DNA from: the human T2T-CHM13v2.0 reference genome, Homo sapiens
Length of the DNA: 64,000 nucleotides
Direction: 5' to 3' (one strand)
Assembly: GCF_009914755.1 (NCBI RefSeq)
Contig: NC_060926.1
Numbering within the stretch: position 1 is the stretch's first letter; each line of letters opens with the position of its first letter. A program made the translations under genes and the position numbers. Below are positions 14,506-29,940 of the stretch, one piece after another. Below the pieces are notes generated by a model. The model searched no databases, was not told where the DNA came from, and saw nothing but the letters and a program-made list of their open reading frames with translations.

Positions 14506-15069
14506 CTCTAATCTTGAAGACAACATACATTGTTCTTAGGATGGAAATTTCCCCTTTTTTTGGCATACTTCTTGGCACACAGTAAGGTACTTAATGTTTG
14601 CTTACTAACATTATACTGATACTGATAATAAAAGGTTATTTATACTAAGACTTGTGTTAGTAAAGGCCGTGTAGTTGAAGGCGGGTGTAGTTTCAGTATT
14701 TTACTAGAATTGATAGGGGCTGAGAGTGAGAATGAGAATCTTGCCTTGATGGCAATTAATGATTAATGTTTCTGTACATTTAAAATATTTTAATATTGTG
14801 GCTACCTCTCTCAAATGGTTGAAGGAAAGCGACTAGAGCTGGAGTGGCCACAGAAGTAGCTATAAGGCTACTGCTGGGTAGCCTGCTGTTTAGAGAAAGG
14901 CAAATCTTTGGAGGCTAGATAAGTATCTTCTGGACTAAGGGGCCCATATTTAGAAAAATTAAAAGCAGGTTTTAGCAAGCATGGGAGAATTCTTTTAGGT
15001 CAACAGAGGGTGTCAATTTGAATCAACCTTGGGGTAAGGTCTATCTTGAACTTGCATAGAATGGTAATT

Positions 15070-15350
15070 AGCCAAATGCTTTCACGTAAGATTATTTTAT
15101 TTGACCCCCATAATAGCCCTGTGAATTGGGTAGGAAAGTCTGAACTCTATTTTCCAGATAAGGGAACTGAGTAGGTCAGAAAAGCCCAGTGACTGAAGGC
15201 CAAAGAACTCTGGCAGAGCTAGGACTGAGATCCACATGTTAACTCAACATACATTACCCCATTTAATTTCTATTACAACTATAAAGTACAATCATTTGTC
15301 CCCATTTTATAAATGGAGAAACTGAAGCTACCAGAGGTAAAGTGGTCCAG
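15070..15350 (-). mobile_element. MIR fragments
   Basis: ttttccagataagggaactgag; cccattttataaatggagaaactgaag. Confidence 0.55.
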
Positions 15351-16169
15351 ATTTTCTAATGTCATTACTCCACACCCTAGACAAGGTAGAATGGGGCTAA
15401 TTCCTAAACAGACTAAAAGACCCTATTACAGGACCATTTAGAAGACTAGAATGTATTCACATGTAAAATAAACTGTAAAAAAGTTATACTTCAGCATAGA
15501 TTAGTAACAACTATTCAATTATGAGTAGTGCTGAGATTATCTGAACCTTTGTCACTTCCTCAATGTTCATTGTATTTGTCAACCATTTCCTGGTAGTGAC
15601 CAACGACAAATATTTCAGTAAATAAAGTGGACTTTGTGTGCTTATTTTAAAAATGAGGACAGAAAGGAACCTAAGGGTGGAAAATCAGGGTATTTCACAA
15701 AGGTAAATTCCTGGTACTACCAGGAAGAAAAACATACACATTAGAAGTGAGTCCAGACAGTTTAGGAACAGACAGGGTCACGTGCTCCCTGATTGTGGAA
15801 GGAGAGCTGTTTATATAGTCTTGCAACCTTACCCACAAATAATCACTTAATTCTCCACACCTAGAAAATACATTTTTAAACACACAACTAAGAACCCAAA
15901 CAGTTTTATTGTCTGTGCCCATTCTTAGCTTGTATTCAACAATTTTAGATTACCAAAGTTCCTAAAATGACAAAATGATCCTCACAAAGCAAGACTAGAA
16001 AGTCCTCTAGGTTTAACCATTAAAGTCCCAAATAAAATTCTGCATAAAGCAGCAAATTCAGTGGGATTTGGCAGTTATTTGGAACAAAAACATGAGATAA
16101 AAGGATATTCATGGGAAATCCTATCATTTTCTAAAGTCAGCATCCCACACTGGTAGTCCCTTTTCATAA

Positions 16170-16310
16170 TGGCTAACACTGAATTCAGTCTCTGTGCCAA
16201 GCACTGTTCTAAGCACTTTACATGTATTAAGTGATTTAATCTCTGGGACAACCTTATGAGATAGGAACTATTATAACCCACATTTTACAGATAATAAAAC
16301 TAAGGTTACA
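16170..16310 (-). mobile_element. MIR
   Basis: tgtgccaagcactgttctaagcactttacatgtatt...cattttacagat. Confidence 0.75.
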
Positions 16311-16361
16311 AATGAGCACTCTGGAATTGCTGAAACAATTGAGTTTTAAAGTTTTAAAGTA

Positions 16362-16852
16362 CAGGCACATCTGGTTTTATTGCACTTTGCTTTATTTTAC
16401 TGTGCTTCGCAGATACTGTGTTTTTTACAAATTCAAAGTTTGTGGCAACCCTGCATGGCCAAGTCTATTGGTGCCAAGTTTCTGACAGCATGTGCTCACT
16501 TCATGTCTGTGTCACATTCTGGTAATTCTCACAATATTTCAAACTTTTTTCATTATTATTATTACTATTGTATCTGTTATGGTGGTCTGTGATCAGTGAT
16601 CTTTGATGTTACTGTTATAACTGTTTGGGGGTGCCCTGAATTGTGTCCATATAAGGTGGTACACTTAATTGATAAATGCTGAGTGGGTTCTGACTGCTCT
16701 ACTGTTTCTCCCATCTCTGCTCACTCTCCTTAAGCCTCCCTATTTCCTGGGACACAATATTGAAATTATGCCAATTAATACTCCTACAGTGGCCTCTAAC
16801 TGTTTAAGGGAAAGGAAGAGTTGCAAGTCTCTCTCCCTTTAAATCAAAAGCT
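16362..16852 (+). mobile_element. Tigger1 5' fragment (TcMar)
   Basis: ta|caggca TIR start; gtttgtggcaaccctgc; ends at the transposase start ggcctctaa...aaaggaagag...tttaaatcaaaagct. Confidence 0.88.
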
Positions 16853-17428
16853 TGATTTATGGTGATGCTGCTCCATCACTTAATATTTAATTATTTTCTC
16901 AGAGATTCATATTTTTCAGTATCTTAAGAAATGTTTATAATCTGTTCTTTGTAGATAACTTTTGATACAATGAAGTAAGTTCTATTTTTTTTTTTTTACC
17001 ACTCTTAATATATAATAGACCTGGAAATACAATCAAAGACCTCAAGAAACATTGCACTTAGTTTCAAGGTAGAATGCTGTATAAATGTTTGATTCTCCAT
17101 GGGGAGGGAAAACTACATCTAAATCAAATATCTAAATAGAGCATATATTCTCTGCTCTTTTAGAGAAGCTAACTTTAAGCCTTTTAGTTTCGAAATTCCA
17201 TTATAAGCTCCATTCAAAAGGGATGAAAACAGAAAAATGTAGTTGAAAATTCAAATTACAAATAAGTCTCCAATATTGTAGTAAAGTCGACTACTAATAG
17301 AGAGAAATCATTATTAAAAGATGACAATTATTACTACTCTAATGAAAAAAGGTTTCATCTTATGAGAGTTCTAATTTTCTCTTTGGGTCACAAAAAGTTT
17401 TCAAAAGTAGCATCTAATCTTTCTTTAA

Positions 17429-17747
<319 letters not shown>

Positions 17748-20700
17748 CTTTTGTTTGTTTAAACAGAGTGAATATTTTAAATCACTCAGTATGATATTCT
17801 TATTTAACCCTTTTCATTAAGAAAACAATAAATATATACAGCTGGGATATTTCTATGAATTCCCTCTTTATCCACTCTTGATTATTGTTATGTTAGCACA
17901 TTAAAAATACCCCAATTAGGTAAATTATTATGAACAACTTTCTCCCCAAAATTACAACTTTTCTCATCACTAACTTAACATCCATTTTATACCTACACAA
18001 GAGAATGAATACTGCCTTCTCACAAATAGATTAGAAAACTGGATCCAAAACAATCATACATTACTGAGCAGCGCATGTCTGTATTCTAGAAATCAGATTA
18101 AGCTTTTCATGAATTTCCTATAGAAAGAAAAAAAGTTCAATTATACTTTTTCTTCTGGTGAAAATAAAATGTTTCAAAAAAGAACACTGCTGGGAAACTA
18201 ACAAGTATTCATTTTTTAGCAGGAAGACTCCCCCTAATCAATTATCAGACCTAAAATTATTAAATCTCTCCCAACCATATCAGAGGAAGAACAAACAGAA
18301 TATTCAGGTAGAAATATTACTTAAAATCTCTACAAAGTATGACTGTCAATATTTTTAACAAATTCTTCATAATTTTTCCCACCTTATGATAATATTTAAA
18401 TATTAAATTGTAGTTGTCTCAAAGGTCCAGATCTCTTTCTTGAGAAGATCTTGGGAAAAGATTTATGGCTGAAAAACTATGCTTCTGAATAAGCTGTCTA
18501 CAGCTAACTAAAGTACAATGACAGCATCACCATTCTGGCTACGAAACAACAACATAATTCTCAAATTTGTAACGGAAAAGTAAGCAATGAACAACATTAA
18601 GTTCTAAAATATGTTTTTGTTTTTTTTTTTAAAGCCCTAAGTACTGTAGCTTGGATTGCAAAAATATTAAAAATGAACAGCTTTCAGTTCTCTGTTAACC
18701 AATAATCAACAGGCAATATACACCTGTAGTGATATTTCTTAGGCTTTAAGGCTGATGAGAGATGAGATTCATAGTGTAAATATTCTCTAAGAACACAAAA
18801 GCCTTGGAGCTTGAGATTTATTTAACTTCTTCCCTAAGATGGAAGGAAATGTAATCCATACAACATACTTCCTAAAACTGAATATGAAAAAATAAATGTG
18901 AAAAGTTAAATAGAAAAGATCTGATGAATTATGCTTCAAATTATTCCCTTTGCAAGCTTACTTTAACCTGAAGCATTGACAATGTGACACTTAAAATGAA
19001 GCCACAGAACACATACCTCTCTGTTTCATCGTTAGCACCACAAGCTATACAGAAAACCTTCTCACAGAAAAATAAAATCCAGATTGTATTAAAGCATCTG
19101 CCAGTTACAGTTGGAACCACACACTGAATAGCTGGCTGTCTGTTCACAGTTCTTTCACTTAAGCACCTCGTAACGTGTGTAGGTGGGCCTATGTTACGCA
19201 AAATAGGTAAACACTACATAATTCTAGATTCCATTGACTGAAGTGAGAATTCACTTCTCCCTCACCTCCTCCCTAAGGAAGTCTGTGGCCCAAAAGGAAA
19301 GAAACAGAAGTAAGAGGAAGCACAGAGCAATTTTTTAACACAGGCTTAATATCAAGTTATAGAGTAAGGTACTTCCAGAAAGAGTATGATATTCCATTTC
19401 TTAAAAAGCAGCCTGAATTAACTACATATTCTATAAATGTCAGAAGTATAACTATGATACTGAAGCACCTTTTCATATTAGTAAACCTATTTTTACAGAT
19501 TTAGTATAGTACTCAATCTGTTAAGCAACACTCCATTTAAAAAAAACACAAAAATCAATACAATTCATATGTAAAGAAAGAAGCCCCTTTAGCACTATTA
19601 AGTGAAACTGATTTTTGTGGTCTGGTTATAAAATACTATATTATCCCAGGCATAAAAATAGGTGAACATTCAATCACATTTTCAATTGATCACACTTGTT
19701 TATTTCCAGCTTTATTCTTTACAATTTTAAAATAAATTAGATACATTTGATGCTCATGAATACGGAGGAACTACAGCAGTAGCCAGAGGTAAGCTGGGAT
19801 TGGACAAGCTTAATCAAATAGCTATGGAAAGCACCTACATACTGACATGTGCTGTTCTCAGATTATCCCACTTGTAAATTCCATTCTAGAAAGTACTGCC
19901 TGCTACTCCAAATTTCCCCATATGCTGTCTCAGGAAAAGAACTGTGTTTTCTTATAGTGAATGGTTACACATAGAGCTAGTCTAATCCTCCAAATAGCCA
20001 AAGGCGAACCTGATTAATTACATTTAAGATTATTTAAAAGAATACTAAAATTAAGTCACAAGTAAATGCTGTTCATACTTGTTCAATAATTTGCCCATGC
20101 AAATCATCGATAATCTCCACCCATTAAAGTTCAACTTGAGTCTAGATGCTTGATATTCTTTTATTAAAGTTCTTTAGTAGCCCTAAAGTGTTCAACCCTT
20201 TTGTAAAAAGTTACTAGTTATTACAGCAGAGCCCTAAAATTAGTATTGATACCCATAGTTCACAGCCACCTAAGTAAATGGCTATCCAGACAATTTCAGC
20301 CTTAATTCAATTACACTATACTGAATGATACATTGCTAATAAAACCTGACTGGAGAGTCAGTAAGTGTCCTTGGTGATCTTAATTGGAATCATTCAAAGT
20401 CCCACCTATAAATACATTGTTATCTTTTTTTAAAAAAGTAGTATAAAAATACTTTTGGTGGTGCTAAGTTTATCTGCAAAGCCTTCTTACAATGTGTCCA
20501 CAGGACAATAGTTCTGGTTCACAGTAAGGCTATCATTTTTAAGAGAACATCACTATAATAGTACCTAGTAACTTAATGCCTTGGCACAAAATGAACCACC
20601 CTTTATCACACAGCTACAAGTTTACTTCTGTTGCTTCCCAGCATTCGGTAACTGTCCCATCCCCTGAAGCAGTTCTGTAAATCTGTTTAATGTTTCTTTT

Positions 20701-21247
20701 GCTCCTTGTGCTGGCAGCAGGCCCACTTAGGTTACAGCGAAATAAATCTGCGCAGGTAGGCTGCTTATATCCAATGTTGATACCTGTTCAGTCCAGGAAA
20801 CATACCTGCAAAAATGATCGGGGCATATTCTAGGGTTTGCTGTTTGATGATCCTGCCTTGTCATGTGATTCCGGGCTGATGAGATTGCTCAAGAAGCCGG
20901 ACATGACAAATTTAATATTCATACTAAATAGAATGTAGTTGTAGCTGACTCTCAATGTCTTATACTTGATTCCATAACAAAACCTGAGGTCCTGCCATTC
21001 TTTGGACCAACATACCAACTCTCTTAACTTTGGAAGTATATTTCCTGCTTAATCCTAGGGAAACCAAGATATCAATAGTCCTTATATCATCATTAACATC
21101 TTAATGATTAAAAACAGAGCACTGAGAGTATAAAAATTCCTTATGTCTTTAAAGATCTGTGTTTATATCAAATAATCTCTTGAGGAAATATTTTTTTTCT
21201 TAAAAAGTTCTAAAAAGACATTAAAGATAAAATCTCCATATTTTCTA

Positions 21248-21567
<320 letters not shown>

Positions 21568-23019
21568 TTATAATGACCTATTTTTATAATGGGACAAATA
21601 ATCGTATTCATAAAGAAAAAAGGGTTAGAATAAAATTTCTAAGCTTTTCTTTTCAAAACTACATTTTTTAAAAAGACAACTTTCTTTTTGCTTCTCATAT
21701 ATGCTTTATTTACAATGATGTTTAATTAATAACATCATGGAGGCCAGTCAAATACAAAAACAAAACATAACCAAAACCTGAAGTAGTGTTCTTGGTGGGA
21801 ATCAAAGTTACCAAACTTTGGCAAATGAACCTGAATCTCAATGACTTTCCCCTACTCTTCCATATCCTGCTTGGCTTACAAAAGTCTTAAACTTCCGTAT
21901 TTTCCTCTACGATGTCTGAACCTCTAGCAATTACCTCAGTTGAGCTCAGGGAAAATGATAAACTTTCAGTACTCTGAAACTTAAAAAAAAAAAAAAAAAA
22001 ACTCCAGAAAAAAAAACGAACAAAACAAAGTGTACTTACCTCACAATTTCTAGGCCTTTTCAGATGTCTCTTTTCTTACGGACCTATTTTTCTTATTAGG
22101 TTTTTGTTTCACCCTTGGACACACTGACCTCTGAGAACGTCCTGCTTCTTTAATGATCTCTGAATACTTCCAAGAAGGCAATCAAGGACTCATTCGTCAC
22201 AGTCCCTTTACCTCTAGCCACACCCTCAGCAGGTGCATAAATTATTTCTTCCTTTAGTTCCACTCCACTGGTGACTCTTAGGTCACGTTCCTCCATCCCA
22301 CAATGCAAATTCACGCAGATGGCATTTGCTATTCTACAGTACATTTGTATTGAATATCGAAACATGCCCAGTTTTTTACTTGTCAAATCCATCTAACTCC
22401 AATCCTTTTGAGAAAATGTACATTAGGCCTAAGATTTTTCAACAAGGTTTAAGAAGAAAAATAATCACTGTATTACTGTATTATATAATTACATTTTAAA
22501 GCTGGAAAGAACCTTAAAGAATATACTGTGCAATTTGTTCAATTTTCCTTCCAATTTCATTTTATAATAGATGAGAAAAATCTATATTCAGAGAGGGTAA
22601 GTTATTTGATGACAGTCATAGGGCTAAGTAGTGCAGCTTGCTAACTGATCTTGGGACTCCTATGTTGGCGTCTGTTTCATTAATTTTGGAGGCAATACCA
22701 CAAGCACTAAAGAACAGAGCAGTCAGCCAATAAGTAACTCCTACCTTGTACTGTGTATTATTACAGGAGATGGCCAAGTGTTCAACTTTAGCTCCACTCT
22801 TTTCTATATGTTGTTATAATTTTATACCACAAAGAAAAAGCTGAAAATCAGACAAAAATTTAATGAAAGGCATACCATGGAGATTTGTTTCTTTTTGCTC
22901 ACCAGATAGAGCACTGCCTTCCTAAATTGGCTGTTCATACTCCCACTTTGTGGGCTGTGTTTACCTGGCAGTCTCTTTAAACGAACAAAAGAAAGCTAGG
23001 TATCAAAAGTACTGCCATA

Positions 23020-23961
23020 GGTAACCCACATAATGGGAAAAATTATTTGCAAATCATGTATCTGATAAAGGACTTATATCTAGAATACCTAAAAAGGTCT
23101 CATAACTCAATAAAATATAAATGAAATTAAAATTTGGTAAAAGATCCATTTATTTCTCCAAAGAAGATATACAAATAGCCAATATGTACATAAAAAGATG
23201 CTCATTAGCCATTAGGGAAATACAAATCAAACCCACAATGACCACTTCAAACCCATGGCTATTATCAAAAAGTCAGATAATGACAAATATTGGTAAGGAT
23301 GTGGAAAAGCTGGAGTCCTCAATCATGGCTAGTGGGAAAGTAAAATGGTGTAGTTACTTTGGAAAACACTCTGGCAGTTCCTCCAGATTAAACATTAAGT
23401 TCTCATGTGACTCAGGAATTCAATTCCTAGGTATATACCCAGGAGAAATGAAGACCTATGTCCACACACAGACTGTGCATTAATGTTCACAGCAGCAATA
23501 TTCATAATAGCCCCAAAGTAGAAACAACCCAAATGTCCATCAACAGTCGGATAAACAAAATGTGGTATATCCATATAATGGAATATTATTTTGCAATAAA
23601 AAGGAATGAATTACTGATATATACCACAACATGGATGAACCTGGAAAACATTCTGCTAAGTGAAAGAAGTCAGTCACAAAGGATCACATATTGTATGATT
23701 CCATTTATATGAAATGTCCAGAAAAGGCAAATCCAGAGACAGAAAGAAAGTAGATTAGTGGTTGCCTGGGAGGGGAAAGAAAGGGGAGAAAATAGGAAAT
23801 TGGGGAATGATAGCTAAAGGCTATGACATGAGATTTGTTTTTCGGGTGAAAATGTTCTAAAATTGATTGTGCTGCACAGCTCTGAGACTATACTAAAAAC
23901 CACTGAAGTGTACACTTTAAGTGTTTACATAAATGGTATAAAAATTATACCTCAATAAAGC
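23020..23961 (+). mobile_element. L1 (L1MB-like) 3' end: ORF2 C-terminus remnant and 3'UTR
   Basis: Track ORFs 23121 and 23458 give L1 ORF2-like FSKEDIQIAN and TTWMNLENILLSERSQSQ; ends ttatacctcaataaagc. Confidence 0.9.
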
Positions 23962-24359
23962 GAAGCAAGCAAGCAAGCAAATAAAGCTCTAGCACATTAA
24001 AAACAAAAGCCTGCTATAGACTCAAGGTTCACTGGAAGCTGGCACATACCTCTGGAATTCAAATATATTACCGATCTTATGCAACTTTATAACCTACATA
24101 AATTTTAAAAATTCTAGATACTGTTAACTCCTACTTCTTGGCCAGAGAAACTGAGGGAAACTAATCATTTGAACATTCTACAAGATAAATTTTCACAAGC
24201 AAAACTGAAAGCTTTCCCAAATGAAGTGCTTTTTGTACCAGAAATTATGAAATTGACACTTAGGTTTGGAATTTTAAATCTCATAATCTGTTTCAGACTA
24301 GCTTTAATCATAAACATGTGCTTTTTTGTTTATGTTTTTGCTGATAATCTTGCATCATG

Positions 24360-25094
24360 TTCAATGAGTGTTCTCTCTGACATCAACCACCAACTCTCCA
24401 ATTCTGACACCAACTGGGCATCCAACAAATCAATTCAGTTCTGACACTATTATCTACCTTTAGTGTCAGATCTCACAAGTTAAAGGGCTCATGCCACAAG
24501 ACTCCCCTAAGTTCAGATGCCAATCAAAGTCCCAAACCACCTGACTTCTGACCAACTAGCTATAAATTGGGGGTTCCCACAACCCCCTCCTCAGGTTCCA
24601 TAATTTACTGGTACAGCTCACAGAAGAACAAGAAAACACTTCTTTTATGTTTACTGGTTTATTAAAAAGAATGCAACCCAGGAACAGCCAAATGGAAGAG
24701 ATGCACAGGGCAAGGTATGTGGGGGTGGGGGCGGGGGCGCGGGGAGGGTAGAGCAGTGGAGCTTCCATGCCCTGTCCAGGAATGCCACCCTCCCAGCAAC
24801 TTGATGTGTTCACCAACCCAAAAACTCAATCTCCAGGCCTCTGTCCCTTTCCCAGAGGTCACTGGGTGAGACAAAAGTCCCAACCCTCTTAATTTCTTGG
24901 TCCTTCTGGCGACCAGCCCCATCCTGATGCCATCTCAGGGCCCCACCCTAAGTTACCTATTATGATCAGAAAGGGGGTTGTTATAAATAATAAAAGACAT
25001 CCTATCACTCAAAAAAATTCTCAGCATTATAGGAACTCTGTGCCAGGAAGACAGCGTGGTAGAAAGACCAAATAGATTTTTGTATTACACCACA
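24360..25094 (-). mobile_element. MER21-type solo LTR
   Basis: ctgacaccaactggg, gctataaattgggggttcccac, ggaacagccaaatggaagagatgcacagggc; minus-strand start TGTGG. Confidence 0.75.
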
Positions 25095-25396
25095 GCAACA
25101 GCATCGAAGTAAGCTGAATATTCAAATACATAGCTCAATATAATCCCATGACCAATAAGTTTCACTTGATCCCTCTGAGGACAAAGACATTACCAAACCA
25201 ACAGATTTGGTATTTAATCCAATGCCTGGTATTTAATATAAATACCCAATGTTTTAATTAATTACCTAGCCTGTCCCTCTAGCTAGCTAATAGTTCTATT
25301 TGGTTAAATAGCTAGAAGTCAAAATCTTCTAATAACTAATATACCTAGGTTAACAGATGATGATATCCCTTCACCACAGAAGTACCTAGATTAGTA

Positions 25397-25693
25397 CAGG
25401 TTGAACAACCCGAATCTGAATCCGCAAAATGCTCCAAAACCTGAAATTTTTGAGCAACACGACATCGTAAGTGGAAAATTCCACATGTAAGTACTTAACA
25501 CAAACTTTCATGCACAAAATTAATAAAAATATTGTATAAAATTGTCTTCAAGCTATTTGTATAAGGTGTATATGAAACATAAATGAATTTTATGGGTCCC
25601 ATCCCGAAGATATCTCATAATATATATGCAAGTATTCCAAAATCCAAAACACTTCCGGTCCCAAGGATCTGGTTAAGGGATATATTCAACCTA
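25397..25693 (+). mobile_element. Tigger4/Zombi-type MITE
   Basis: ta|caggttga...tcaaccta|ta termini; aaatgctccaaaa and acacttccggtcccaag. Confidence 0.8.
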
Positions 25694-25720
25694 TACTCTC
25701 CATAAAATGCTAATTAATGA

Positions 25721-26100
<380 letters not shown>

Positions 26101-26883
26101 GGGTCTCCCTACTTTTAATTTAGTGCATCTAGAGTCACCAACAACACAATTACTAACCCAACAAATATTACTGAGCATTCACTATAAGGTCAGAAGTTAT
26201 GGGAGTATTCAAACTAATGCAAAAGGTATGCCTCCCTATACCAAACATTTGTTTACTTATGTTTACTAAAAAAGGATGTAAATTAAATCAGTATAGAACA
26301 GATATCATATTAATGCAAAAGACCATAAATACCGTAAGACTTCAAAGAAAAGTGTTATTACTTAGGAGGAAGAGGAACAAGAGGAAGCTTCATAGCAGAG
26401 GTATTCAATTTGGACCTTGAGAGACAGACCGGACTTTGATAAGTGAAAAAAAAAAACCAGTTTAGGTGGAAGAAACAATCGCATAAAGATAAAAAAGACA
26501 AGGGGTAAAAAGTATATTGTGTTCTCAGGAAAGGGTAAGTCAGTAGGTTCCCTGGAGTTTGGTTAGGAGATAAATAAAAAGTAAGTTTGTGGAAATCATG
26601 AACCATGGCTTTGTAAGCTCAGTGACTGTTAGGAAGTGCTGAATCAAAAAACAAAAAGTATGACAATTATTAACTCCTCTTTACATCTGTATAGTAAAGA
26701 AAAATCTCTTTATACTCTTAGAAAGATGGATAGACTACCAAGACCAAAGAAAAGATTCCCTTAACGCCTATTAATTTGTAAAAGTCCAGGTTGTTAAATA
26801 ACACTTGTGCTGATATTTATTAAACAACAACAACAAAATAAAGGAGAATGAAAGCACAAGACCTGTTAAATTCCAAGCCATTA

Positions 26884-27043
<160 letters not shown>

Positions 27044-29827
27044 ATTCTGTATGAAATTTGTTGGGATACCATGCTTTAGTAGATCATAACATCACAGTTA
27101 TGTTTTTCAAACAATGTTGAGTGAGGTTTTCTTGTTTTTTATTTTAAGTTTATTTTATTTTTCCTCACACTATCAGGGAGAAGAGTAAGGTTTTTAACAT
27201 TGATGAATATGGCTTGAATTTGAAGTGGATGTCTTCTGGGAACTTTTGTTATGTTAAAAATATATTCATTTAATGCTGTTTTAACTTTTTCCCCAACCCT
27301 CTATTACCAACAAGACCTTGACTGTGACAATTGCAATTTTGCTAACTATAATTCTTTTCTATGTTGTCAAAGGATTATTGTACTTGAAATTGGAACTAAC
27401 TTGGAAAATCTAGGTGGTTGTCTCAGCTGACCCCTGAAAGTTGAAATTTAGCTCCCCTTTAACCACACTGTTAGGACTGACCACTAGACAGGACTATCTT
27501 TTTTCCTTTTTTCAAATCAACTCTCCACCTTAGTTTATCTATTCTTTTTCCAATCAACCATCTCAGATAAAAACAGGCTCCTCCCGTTCATATAATTTAG
27601 TCTAAGTCCTTCTTTCTGAAAAGAAGGAATTCTGCTAAATCAAGTTCCCTTTCAGGCAATTTCAGCTCTGGCCAACATTTAGTAGATTAAAAAAAAATAT
27701 CAACCAGTTTTCTTCACACCCAAAACTGAGAACCTATTTGTATCAAAACTGAGATTCGAAGGTGTGTACAGGGGTAAGGAGCAGTGGTATAGTTTTAAAG
27801 CCTAGAAAAATAATTCTGCTTTGCACCCTGATATTTCTAAAATTCAGGTTAGTTCAGTAAACATTTATGGAGTGCCTATTATGGTTCAGATTCTGTGCTA
27901 GGAGACTAATATGAAATGTTCCTATCTTAAAAGGAGCTAATGGAATTAGAAATAACACTTTTACCCTCTAGAATTTTTCAAGATTTTCTATTTTCAATCA
28001 TGTAATAATAATAATAGTATTAAAAGTAAATAAAGTTACACATGATATATTTTTCTCCTTTTGAACTAAGTGATTAGAATTGCAAATGTACTTCTTAAAT
28101 ATACTATATACATCTTAATTGCCACAAACATTTCTTTCTCCTCACATCCCACCCCCAAAGCAGATTCTTTTCTTACAGTAGCCCAAAAATCCCTAAAATT
28201 TTACATTTCTAACTAGAGTTACAGACTGAGTCAGACTAATGTGACATCCATAAGGTTTTTAAAAAATTCTTATTTTGCTTCTACTGTTATCTTTGTCCTA
28301 ATTATGCCATCCACCTTTATTGGCATTTACTGCGGAGTGTATGATAAATTTAAATTTCTACACACATCTATGAATTTCATGCAGATTTAAATTCTCAGCA
28401 AGGATCTCCTCTATTAATATTTTCACATAGTAACATTTGTCAAACTCTTGGGTTTTATGTAAGTTAACATGATTATTTTTTCACTATAGAAATTCAAATG
28501 AGATCCTAATTAACACATTGCTCCTTCTTTGAAGACCTTGACACAGACACAAAATTGCTGATATTTGGATCTATAAGTTTGATGAGTTTTTTGTTGCTGT
28601 TCTGTTTTACCTTTCACCATGGAAAATTTGGTCTATCACCATCACAATGTTTACTGAGCCAACTATCTACAAGGACAAATAGCAAAGCTTCTTATTCATT
28701 CCAGCTAAATCAATTAGGCTATTCATACACTTACTGACCATTTGCCAAAGTGCCACCCTTTTTTGGTATCAATAAAAAGCAATCTTATAATAAAGGTTTA
28801 TTTTGTTTTGAAAAAAAGCCAGGGTTCTCAAATTCACTGTATTACTTTGCAACTCTTGCTTCCCTTGCCTTCAACATTGTGTGGGTGGAGGAAAGAAACC
28901 AACATATTCAGAACAAAATGTGAAGTCAAGGGAAATTTTTAGACAGCAATAAGTTGTGAAAATCACTTAAACTTACTGTCAGAACAATCTTTTGTATAGA
29001 AACATAAAGGGAGGCATTTTAATATACCCCTGACATTCAATGAAAAAATACAAGGCTCAGAATACCATAAACCCAGATACTGTATTTGTTTAAACTAATT
29101 GGGCTTTTTTATATATAACTCAGTAAACTGCAATTACAACCATATTCAAACAAGTTTTGTCTAATTCCTCTTCTTAATACCTTTTCAAAAAGAGGACTTT
29201 ATTTAAAAAACAAATTCTTAATAATTCATGAGATATATTATTTCTTTTTTTGTGATTATGAAATGTTCTTCAGTACATATTTAGGCTATTTATAAGTTTT
29301 CTAAGACCATTCTTTTAAAGTCACACTGTATCTTCAAAAGCCCACTTTAAACAAACCCTCCTATTATTTATAAAACACACTAAGACTTACGTAAACACCA
29401 AACAAATAAATACATTGCTGATTCTAGAATATGTATAATAGAATATAGTCTACAATTGCTTGTATTGATGATCCACATAAAGTCACAGGAATTTCTTAAA
29501 TGATAGAAGATTAAAGTAGCACTTTTTAAGGCAATGTATGTACTATTAAGTTTTCATGCAAATCACTGATTACCTCTCCAGAGACACAATGTAATTTTTG
29601 TTAGAAATGATTTTCAACTCTAGTATATACTACGAAAAATTATTGTGGTGGCTGCAGTAGAAAGCTTCTCATTTGATGTGTCCCAATAAGCTATGTGACT
29701 TTTGATTTTGAAATTTTGAATCATGTGTCTTTTGAATCCACCATAATTCCAGATTCTTCCCAACTTTTCCCCCCAATTTAAAGTGACATGGTTGTTACTC
29801 TCTATATCACATATATCAAAAAAAGAA

Positions 29828-29940
29828 TTTCTTTTGAGATAAGGTCTGGCTGTATTGCCCGGGCTAGTCTGAAACTCCTGGGTTACTCCCATTTTAGCCA
29901 CTCGAGTAGCTGGGACTACAGGCATATGCCACTATGCTAC
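29828..29940 (-). mobile_element. Old Alu monomer fragment
   Basis: ttgcccgggctagtctgaaactcctggg...gagtagctgggactacaggc. Confidence 0.75.

Noticed and set aside
23121-23712. 120-aa and 84-aa ORFs
   Set aside because: Frameshifted L1 ORF2 C-terminal remnants
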